From: Aplysia californica
Lineage: Eukaryota
Assembly: GCF_000002075.1 (NCBI RefSeq)
Contig: NW_004797720.1
Coordinates: forward strand, 525,813-589,812
Direction: 5' to 3'
Length of the DNA: 64,000 nucleotides
Shown: positions 1-10,600 of the stretch, one piece after another
Layout of the letters: every line of letters begins with the position of its first letter
Position numbering within the stretch: the first letter of the stretch is position 1
Position numbers and translations under genes: made by a program
Notes under the pieces: model-generated
What the model was told of the DNA's origin: nothing
Databases searched by the model: none
The model's input: only the letters and a program-made list of their open reading frames with translations

Positions 1-46
1 GTGCACACACACACACACACACATACAAACACACACGCGCGAGCGT

Positions 47-82
<36 letters not shown>

Positions 83-100
83 GCACGCGCGCGCGCGCGC
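1..100. repeat. (CA)n / (CG)n compound microsatellite
   Basis: Directly visible CACACA and CGCGCG tracts. Confidence 0.95.
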
Positions 101-304
101 ATGAATGAAAACATAACAAAGTCGACAGACTGAACACAGCCCCTACTCCTCCCCATACCCTGAGTAAGCCTACAAGTGTAGCATGCTTATTATTGTACTT
201 TTCTTGCTCAGCTAGTGTGCAATTGTCAATATTAGGCCTACATTTCACTCCTTCCTGTAAAACATCTTTTTCCTTGCTACCTTGATTAATTTCTGCAATG
301 TTAC

Positions 305-317
305 CTGTCGTCGCCAT
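305..317 (-). CDS. Putative first coding exon of a divergently transcribed gene (M-A-T-T-x)
   Basis: Minus strand reads aaaaATGGCGACGACAG|gtaac: strong initiation context followed by a GT donor, next to a CpG-rich segment. The rest of the gene would lie outside the window. Confidence 0.4.
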
Positions 318-1199
318 TTTTCTCCCCTCTTTTTGTCTTGATGTGTTTGTTTATTTTAGTATTGCATTAGTCGTGTAGCCTAGGCCAGTCCCATTATAAT
401 GGGCGTTGTTTTAAGCAATGTCTGGCGAAATATATTATTACCATATGCGCAGACGTGCATCCCAACTCAATCTCTCTTGAAGGGATCTTCGCTCAAGATG
501 TCGGTGCATTTTCGTAAGTAAAAGCATTGGTAAAAGTACAGCGGCGCGCGGAAGACTATAAATTTTAATTATACTCATGCCTGTCATGTTTTTCACTTTG
601 TCTCAGCCAGGGCAACGATTAGCCTACTAATTTTGGTGAATGCTTTTTCGATACATTATTTATGCCTGGAACGAAAAGACAAATGAAAAGAATCAAATAA
701 CTTTAATCAACGGTAAAAGCAACACAAATTTAAGTAGACCAACATTATACAACAACAACAGAATCATCTAATGAGGAAAATGAAGAGATTATTCCTATTA
801 TCTCTATACATCAAGTTACAGTAATTTTACTACCATATAGTATATACATGTAATGATATATATCACAGGTCACACGACCGGGCAAATTTGTTTTTCTATC
901 GAGTCCCTGCTTTGTTTGCGTTTGCTCGGTGCGGGGCAGTCGTTTGAACAATAACAATGCGTATATTGCTCCCAGATTTGTCGTTTATCACAGCGTTTCG
1001 CTGTTATCCATTCAACTGCCATTTTATCTCTGTATCGTCCTAGAAAGTGATCACATTATTGTTCCAGTAAATATAGACAACATGCACCTGGTTGTGAGAC
1101 AAAATAGTCAAATAGTATTTACAGATTTTCCTGGTACGGAAATTGCTTCCCATCAATGTCGTTTTAAACTGAAGTAGATCTAATATTAACAAAAAATCT

Positions 1200-1427
1200 G
1201 GGACTAGCTTTGAAATCGAAAGCTGCACGCACCATGGCCTGCACTACCGATGCGTCAGTGCTGTAAACAATCAATATCACCAATAAGTAGTGCATGTTTT
1301 TGCTACGTGAAATATAGATCTAGATCTAGAGCTATTATGGATCTCATTTAAAAAGTGGGAGCCAAGCTAAATACAAGCGTCGTTCAAGCTTTCCTCCAGG
1401 GATTCAGTTATTTATTAGGAAGGCAAG
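1200..1427 (+). other. Putative non-coding first exon (5' UTR) of the dystrophin-like gene
   Basis: Good donor AAG|gtaggt at 1427/1428. The exon holding the start codon has its own acceptor (cag 4561-4563), so an upstream UTR exon is expected. Start position is approximate. Confidence 0.4.
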
Positions 1428-1934
1428 GTAGGTCAGGCCAGGTAGGCTCAAGTGCCTCAGTCTCAGCCGGGATACCCCTCAGCCTCAAGCAAATCTCTGT
1501 CTCTAGTTTCTAGATCTAAATCTATATAATCTTTCTAGGCCTAGATATCTAGATTACATCTATGTAGACTGTAGATCTAGGAATACAGGTAATGTGATAT
1601 GATATAATGCGGTGCTCCAATGATGCTGCTGTTCTCTTTGCCTTTGCGCATTGTTTATCGGGCGGGGGGGGGGTAATCATCCAGCGTCTTTTCGGCAATT
1701 TTCGTGCACTTTATTGTCTTTGTGTTAACCGTGTTTCAATTTCAAATTCAAGCAGTAGCATAATCTTCCCTCGCCTCATGTCCAAGTCCAAGTGTGAAAT
1801 TTTATCATGCGAAACTCATCGGTTCATAACTTCAAGCCACTGACCCATCATATCGTTCCATATATGCGGCATCTATCTCCAAAGGTTCTCTACTCCATGG
1901 CCATCTAAAAATAGTCTGTGGGTATCCCAGGATG

Positions 1935-2091
1935 GGAAGGACTTCCATAACGAGCGACCACCCCATCAAACACAATAAAGAAGAGTCCTAGACTCAACCC
2001 TAACCGTACCCCTACCCCTACCGTCTACCCCTACCCCAAGCCCTCAATTCTGCTCTGTCTCATAGTGGTCGCTCGTTACGGAAGTCCTCCC
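1935..2091. mobile_element. Small MITE with ~27-bp TIRs and 8-9-bp TSD
   Basis: GGAAGGACTTCCATAACGAGCGACCAC ... GTGGTCGCTCGTTACGGAAGTCCTCCC, flanked by the direct repeat (C)CCAGGATG, with internal CCCTAC/CCCTAA repeats. Confidence 0.8.
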
Positions 2092-2560
2092 CCAGGATGT
2101 GATGACATCAAATTACTAACATTAGCAGCCAATCAGGCAGGTGCGTCGTTCTATGTTTAGCCGCATGTCATCAGTAGTGGGCACCCGGTATTGGGTAAGT
2201 ATGCCTAGACGGTCTAGTATATCTAGCAGGGATGTACTTTTCCGCTTTTTTCCGGTATTTCCGGTATTATGATCCTGATCCGCTATTCCATTATTGAGGT
2301 CGAGATAGAATCTAGAGTTGGGAAAAAAACAACAACCCCACGTTATCATTTTCTTTCTATGTACACCCATTGTTTTTGTTTGTTTGTCATTTTTCTCTAT
2401 GTACACCCATTGCTTATGTTTGATTGTTATTTCTCTCTTTGTACACCCTTTGGGTTTCAAATTGATATTCATATTTAGCGAGACCGTGGCGCGTGGATTT
2501 TCAGCTATTTTCAAAAAAGTTTAGTGGCATCCCTGATCTAGATCTAAGTTGTCAGTTGAA

Positions 2561-3800
2561 AATGATCGCACCCTCTCTGGCAAAGATCACATACTAGAAC
2601 AATTTCTAGGGCGAGAAAAGGCCTGATAGCCCTTAAGATGGTGGCCAGAGCTAAGATGAGCCAGAAAATCCTTGTCATCCTCTGCCAGACACTGGTACTC
2701 TCTGTCGTAGAGTACGGGCTCAGACTCTTGACCCTATCAAAGGCGCAACTGCAACGACTCGAGGTGTTACAAAATGAAGGAACGAGGGTAATCCTGGGGT
2801 GCACACGAGATACCTCAACTGAAGCAATGAGATACTTCCTAGACTTCCCATGTGCAGACAAGAGGCACAAACTGGCACTTTCTGCGAGTCAGCGCAGACG
2901 AGACGAACCCTCTACATAAGAAAGTGGGACGACAGATGACATCAAGGCTAAAGAGGGGCACAGAATGGATGACTCAAGCTACAAACACCATCAATGAGTG
3001 GTGCCAGATACAAGATATCAGGAGAGGCATGGATTGGGTCGTGAAGGCAACATTGGGTAGAAAATGTCGCAACTGGCCACTTGGAGCTACAAACTCTGAA
3101 ATTGAAACCCTGATAGAAGAGCATAGAGCGAACATGGAGATGCTGTGATCTTCATGGATGGATCAGTCCATAGAGGAGTCAAATCGGGCTGGGCCTTCAG
3201 TGTCAGAGTTAATGGGGTAGTAGTGAAAGAGCAAAGTGGAGCAACTGCACTGACAACCTCAAGTATGTGTATGGAGATAAAACCATAAGTGAGGCTCTAC
3301 ACTGGATCAAGAACACAAGCCATCAGCGAGCAGTAATCATTACTGCCTCTATGAACACACTACAGAAGGTAGGCCTACAGAAAGGGATGCTGTATGCGGA
3401 CTGGAAGGCTACGATCAGGGAGAGCAGCCTGGATATTCTGCCCCGGCCACGCGGGGGTAACCGGCAACGAGAGAGCAGACAAGCCGGCTGGAGAAGCAAA
3501 AGTGGGGGGGAATTTGACACTGGACCCACCAACCGTCCTAACCGCCGTGATGGAAAATTTGAGGAAGAATAGGGCGGATAGCAGTTCCCACTCTCTAGGT
3601 AGATTGAAGGAGAAGGGGATCCAAAGAGGAGAGGGGAAACACAGCCATCTGTGCGGACCAGTCCGACGGATCTCCAACCAGATTATGATGAAGACTATAA
3701 GCAGACAGACTCTGGGATGGATCCTGAAGAGGGGGGGGGGGAGCAGAGATGGACATGTTCCGACTGCAATGACCCCAACACAGTGAACCAGTTGACAAGT
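2561..3800 (+). mobile_element. Degenerate 5'-truncated non-LTR retrotransposon (RT C-terminus plus RNase H; Ingi/I-group-like)
   Basis: Frameshifted ORF pieces: LQRLEVLQNEGTRVILGC (post-RT region), IFMDGSV...SGWAF and WIFCPGHAGVTGNERADK (RNase H motifs). Confidence 0.85.
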
Positions 3801-4607
3801 AAATGGTCAATTAATATTATCATCATATCGGGAAGCAAGACTTTGTAGTTCAAGTCTTGCTTGTGTCACTGACGATCAAGTTAATCATCGAGCTGATTCA
3901 TAAACTTCTAAGTATCTAGTTGAGTAAAAGTAAAGTTGAGAGTATCATGGTTGATTCTTGTACTGAGCATTGAGTTGGCTTTAGACTGAGTATGTCCTCA
4001 CGTTTACAGTGTACTACCTACTACCTGATACTGAGAACGGAGTACTGGTACACTCACTTCACCACTATCACACTACTTCTAGCACTACACTTTGTGCTAC
4101 AGAGTCCACATCTCAGACTGTTCCCGCTCCTTTCTGGCCGAGAACATTTTTGCCTAATTGTTCAGCCCCAGCGGCTTCCCGTGATAAATTGAGACGCGAT
4201 AAAGTGATTCTCAAGCTCAGGCACGATCTAGAATCGAAGACTGAGACTGAGAGTATGGATGGATTCGCCTGGTTAAGTTTAGGTTAGAGAAATTTATAGA
4301 AAGAAGAATCTAAAATATATATATATATATTATTTTACACATTCACCCAAGCAAGTGTTAGTGTTAGAGCTAACCTTAAATAGCCTAACTTCAGTTGTTA
4401 ATAAAGGGGATGGGGTGGAGGGGTAGTGGTGAGCGAGTGCAAGTTCTGTAATCTATACTTTATACTATCTAAACACTTTGTATAAAAATAGAATAATAGA
4501 AATGATCACTTATTATTGCTCTTTTAATTACTCACCTTGATGTCGTGTTGATTATAATTCCAGGTACAGGAGGGGCATTTTAACCTCATCTGTTGGATGT
4601 GAACACA

Positions 4608-4638
4608 ATGACGTTGTCAATATTTGGCACAGACTATG
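4608..4638 (+). CDS. Dystrophin-like gene coding exon 1 (MTLSIFGTDY)
   Basis: ATG at 4608 with an in-frame upstream TAA; donor gtaagt; phase 1 matches the WW exon. Confidence 0.75.
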
Positions 4639-7600
4639 GTAAGTGGATATATAAATCTGCTTTACATTTAATTGTAATTTAGATAAATTTTATACAGTCA
4701 GACTTGTCCAAGATGGAATCGCAAGGGAGCCAGAAAAAAAATTCTGTCTTAAGACAGGTGACTTGACGAAGGGGGGTCCCAAGGGCCAGTCGTACGCAAG
4801 GGTTTCAAAGGTTGCCTTTCTGTTGACAGTCAGTGGTCGAAACTTCACATTTCATTTGCAAAGTGCTATCCCAGCCGCTCTAATTATAGCATACATACAT
4901 CGGTCTTACTTATATCCATTGCCACCATGTTTGCATCTCTTTAGGATCACTGTTTGACCAATTAAAAACAAAAACAATAGAACATCTCCTTTCTTTGCGT
5001 CCTTAGCCCCATCCATCGATGTAATAATCACAGTCAACCCCTCCCCGTGCATGTAACAATGATTCATGGAACATTTTTATTGGCTGACCTTGCGATCAGG
5101 GCAGAAGGCAGTGGTCAAATTTCACGCCTCTGGCTACTCAAGGTAGTTTCCGTGCCGGCGTTTCACTCGAGCACTTTGACCTTGAAGATAAGCAGCAGTG
5201 AAATTTCACTCCCATACCGGGCTGAATATCTGCAGCACTCAGGGCTCATTAGGTTGGGTGACAGCTACCCCCATACTGCACCCATAACCCTTGTGGAGTG
5301 GGGTACAGTTTTCCGGGTTGTGAAGGTCTCCGTCTTGACAGAAGTATTATCTGAGGAATTTGTCAAGGGGAGAGTAGAGAGATTCTGTCATAGTCATTAC
5401 AGGTTTTGTTTTCATTGTAGCTGGGGGGGGGGGGGGGGGGGCATTATTTTCTAGTCCAAAATATGTTTTAATAAATTTAATCTTGTGCTGTTTAGGTGGT
5501 ATCAGTATGTTAAATTATGAATCAAGAATATGTCATTGTTGCTTTACCTCCTTGTTTTGAGGGGCGGGGGTGTCTTGAATTTCATTCCTAGTTTTTAAGG
5601 TCTTTTAGGTGCGTGAACTTACTTTAAATATCAGTTTTACACATTTTAAAAAATTATTTTGTTGCTGTTATCATTCATAATAATATTGGAGGTAGATTTC
5701 TGTGCTCCTGAACTGAAAAACATTGGGGTTTTATATTCTGAAACTTAATTGTTCACACTTTATTTATTGAAGCATGTTTTCTCAGCCTCTTTTGTGTCTG
5801 ATTAAATCCCCCCCAATATAAAAGGACACTTGTTTATTTTCCAGAAATTGTCTCCCATGGCTGGGAAGCAAAACAAAACGTCAAGGGTGTTGTCTACTAT
5901 GTAAAGTAAGTATGATTTTCCTGCATATATTATTACACATCGTACGTGGTCATGTGGGGAAGCCAAGGATAGTTAGTCTGGTCTAAGTTGGCGTAATAGG
6001 TAAAAAAATTTACTTTTGAGTCACTCATTAAAAATGATCAAGCAAGGCAAATCTTTTCCAATATCTTGTCGTCTCTTACAAATCTAAAAGGCTTTCAAAT
6101 GAAAAAGAATGTCTGTGTATCAGATAATCTGTTGATAATTCTCTACCCTATTCTCTCTCTCTTCTAATGTAATACTGTGTTAGATACTCACTCTTGAACC
6201 CATTCCCTTTCCACTCTACAATCAACTGGAATTGTAACTGTTTGGGTATGTGTAATTCATACTGTTGGAAAGGGGAAAAAGTGGACAGAGGAAAGAGTTT
6301 TGGAAAAAGAAAGTAGGCAGGATGAAATTTTTAAAGTGCATTATTAACGACTGCTCAGTTTAAGACTCTGTCATAGATCACTTTTCAAAATGGTTTATGA
6401 TATATATAATATGCTGTCAATTTAATTTATCATGGTTGTTTTTTTTACAGTTTAGAAAGGTCTTGACAATATGATACATCTTTTCTCTTACTGTTCGGTC
6501 ATTAAAGATTCGTCACAGTAAAACATGTATTGGAAATGTGTTAAACCTGGATAATCAGAATGAGAAAATGCCATTTTTCTGCGATGCCACACAAATTGCT
6601 CAGACCGTCTTTATTGTTTTTTAAAATTATGTTTGTGTGCCAAGTAGCTTCATTATTATTTCATGAGCCCTGCAAAATAATTTTCAGTGTTATTGAGTTT
6701 TGGTTTTCATCTTTTTTTTTCAAAGGTATTCTTCATGAGAAACTATTAATTATGTCATGTAGTGCTTAAACATAGAAAGGGAGGAGACTGTAATAATATA
6801 TTCAGTCTTTTGTTCCCTGTCATGTCTTTTTCTGTACTTGCTTTTTAACTAAAGATTAACGATGGTGTGTTTTGACATGTCTTTTTCTGTACTTGCTTTT
6901 TAACTAAAGATTAACGATGGTGTGTTTTGACATGTCTTTTTCTGTACTTGCTTTTTAACTAAAGATTAACGATGGTGTGTTTTGTCCTATTATTTATGTG
7001 TTCTAATGCTGCTGCTAACTGTGCTGTCTTTGCCAGTGTTGCAATATTTTCCTTTGGGTCTTATGTCTCTTCTAAAATCTTACATGTGCAGTTGCTCCAT
7101 CATGAGAAGTTGTGAACATTTTTTACAGGGACGGGGCCAGTAGATCATTTTATCTTATATTGTGTTGATTTATTTTTTATTTTGCAAAATTTCAGTTCCG
7201 CCTTACAGATTACAAGTTGGAATCACCCATTTCTGGACAAAGTGCTCAAAGAACTCGGTATGCTCTTTTGATTTGAGATTTGCTCACTCACACTGTTTCA
7301 TTTTTCCCCCCATTGAAGGGAAATCTGTTGTAGTCTACGTAGATTGTTTGGGTTGTAGGTTCCACAGATTGCTGACTCACACTGTTTCATTTTTCCCCAT
7401 TGAAGGGAAATCTGTTGTAGTCTACGAAGATTGTTTGGGTTCTAGATTCCACAGATTGTAGGTTTGAGATTCAGTTGCCAAAGATAGAGTTTTCGCCTAC
7501 CACAGGAAAATGATCTTTGCTTTATAAGTTGGAAATACTGTGTTTGATAGAAGTCAGTCATGTGTCAGTTTGACTTTTAAAGATAAGTTTTGGTGTGAAC

Positions 7601-10600
7601 AGCACCGAAGTGAAATCGTGTGAAGTAAAAAAATCAACATTGAAAAGAGGCTATCAGTAAACTGAACATCATTCACTTGCATTTTTGAAAGATTCTGTTC
7701 TTTTCCTTTCGTTTTATTTAGATGAGTATGGTGACGTGAAATATGCAGCATACCGCACGGCCATGAAGCTACGCATTCTGCAAACTCATCTTGGCTGTAA
7801 GTATTTTAAATTGTTTTTATTTTCTAACTAATAGGAAATAAAGGCTCATGTCTTTCTACATCATGCACTATTGTTATTAAGAAGTTTTTTTAATGATGTG
7901 CCTCCCTTTTTTGCAATATGAAAATGATACCTACTTTTCCTCTACTATATTTGCTCTATTGTACCTGTGACTATTTGAGCTTGAGATAACATGTCCGTAG
8001 GATTCATTCAATTTCTTTGAATTACCACGTGGAAGGGACTGATTTTCTTATTTGATTAATTATTAATGGTTAAGAAATGTAGACAAGTTTTTGTAATCAC
8101 AGCCCTGATATAATCTAGATTCATTGCTGCTACCAGAAACTCAGTCACCACTCTTTTTCTTGAGCCCCAGCCGTGTTCTCAGCGGTGTGTTGTGCCATTG
8201 TCTTTGTGTGCTTGTCTGTCACTGTGTTTAAAGTTTTCCATTTTCTCCTCTTTTGTGGACGGCCACTGTAAAAGGCTGCTGTGGCTTTCAGATATATTCA
8301 TTGATGCCTTTTTTTTTTCAAGTTCAATAACTGCTTTTACACTGAATTGAAGTGAAATAACTACAGGTATATTAAATGAGGAGTCTGTAGACAGGTATAT
8401 TAAATGAGGAGTCTGTTGACAGGTATATTAAATGAGGAGTCTGTAGACAGGTATATTAAATGAGGAGTCTGTAGACAGGTATATTAAATGAGGAGTCTGT
8501 AGACAGGTATATTAAATAAGGAGTCTGTAGACAGGTATATTAAATAAGGAGTCTGTAGACAGGTATATTAAATAAGGAGTCTGTAGACAGGTATATTAAA
8601 TGAGGAGTCTGTAGACAGGTATATTAAATGAGGAGTCTGTAGACAGGTATATTAAATGAGGAGTCTGTATGGAAAAAAGGCAAAGTCCCAAAATGAATAA
8701 ATTATTTTCATTTGACTTCCCGTACTACGGACAAAAACAATAAACGTGGGTGGTTGGCGGATGCTCTGGTGTGGTTTGCTGCTTCTTCTTTCCTATCAGA
8801 CATCTATCGTCCTTATCTCCCCTCCTTCTTTTTTATGTTTGTTACTCTCGTGTAACACCTCTAATCTTCTGGCGCTCGTATGACCTTATGCAGTTGCCAG
8901 CGCCGAAAAATCTTTACTAAAACAATAAACAAGCGGTTTCACAGAAGTGAATTTATGAGTCGACAAGGCTTTTGAAATGAATAGCCCCGCGATTTCCTTT
9001 TTGTGATATTTTGTCCGTTTTGTCCATGGAATTCACAAATACTTTCTTTTACCAGTATCTTGGATTACGATAGAGGGGATGAAACACGTGTTCCCTCTCT
9101 CATTCGTGGAAGAAGATGATCTGACTATGACTGTCAACTGTGGAGAAGCTTCTGGTCTGTTGTATCGCCTACTGGAATTCTCAGACAAAAGACATCAGCA
9201 TACAGCAGACTACGAACGTGCGACTGACCTTGTTCTCAATTTCCTTCTCAATCTTTATGATACGTAAGTATATGGTTATTCAGTGTTGTTGAGAGAGTTT
9301 GGTTTTTTTTTTTGTATTGTTACCAAAGTTTGGAAGTGAACTACCTGTACTTTAGTTGATGACGGTAGGTTTTTGTGCTTTTTTCAAGTGTCACCATTTT
9401 CAGTTATCTACCTGTATTACCTGTCCTGGGCAACAACGTCATTGCACACCGGACAGGTCCAGAAGTGCTCAGTTCCCCCCAGCACCAAAGCCCGCAAGGT
9501 ATCCATACTGATTGTTCCGGTGGCTGTCTGATTATGGCGACGTCTTTTCTTTCCAGACAATCGTTCCTTTCTTCCTTCTCCCCTCTCTATCCCCATTTCC
9601 CGCATCCTAATGATTGCGCGGTGTTCTGCTGTCTCCCCGTCTTCTTCATCCCGCAACTTTTCCTCCAGGGTCTTCAACACTTCTCCTTTGTCAAATTTCA
9701 CCTCACCATCAACCACGGCACTGCCTGCCAGCCTGTCAGCCTCCTCATTGTCCTTCACCCCAGAGTGCACAGGACAGAGTATCCACGTGATGGCTCTAAG
9801 TGATGAGTGTTGTATTGGGTTCATCCATTCACTCCGAAGAAGCCCTTTCTCAACCCTTCGCAAGATGCTCTGGGAGTCCGTGAATTTTCAGTTATCTAAT
9901 TTCCTTGAATGTAGCTCCTTCATTGTTTACTTACGTTGCATGATGGTTTGATGGAATGATATTAAGCTTCATTATCGCATCTTGTTTTATAAGCCTAGCT
10001 CCCAATTTGTTATTGAGGGACAGAGAGTTGTACTTGAAATACTCCTAGATTTCCATTATTACTCAAGGTGAGAATATATTTTACTTAATCAGTGAAATGG
10101 GGTTACTCGTGACGAAATAATTTCTTATCAGATATTTTTGCATTGTTTGTATCCACTTGCAGCAATCGCAGTGGGAAACTGGTGCTGAGGTCCATGAGGA
10201 ACGCTCTCACAGCTCTGTGCCCTTCCAAGCTTTGTGACAAGTACAGATGTAAGTGTAGGAAAATTTAACTTTTACAAAAATTTTAGGGGGTGTCAAATTT
10301 CACCTTTGTAAGTATTCCAGTCAACATTCATGGCTGTAAGCATACCCATGATTCTATATTTCTGTAGCTTGGTGTACCCGGTTTTCTCTGTGTGTGGGTG
10401 GTTGGCGGGTGCTCTGGTGTGGTTTGCTCCTTCTTTCCTCTTAAGCATCTATCGTCCTTATCTCTCCTCCTTCTTTTTTACGTTTCTTGTTACTCTCTTG
10501 TAACACCTCTAATCTTTGACACTTATATGACCTTATTGTGTTTGTTACTCTCTTGTAACACCTCTAATCTTCGGCACTTATATGACCTTATTGTGTTTGT

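Noticed and set aside
1331-4638. Longer coding N-terminus through the 1427 donor (..IRKARYRRGIL..)
   Set aside because: That frame hits TGA on joining the WW exon and has no upstream ATG, so the leader is treated as UTR.
8363-8669. 28-bp direct repeats resembling a CRISPR array
   Set aside because: Units are contiguous with no unique spacers, and there are no cas genes.
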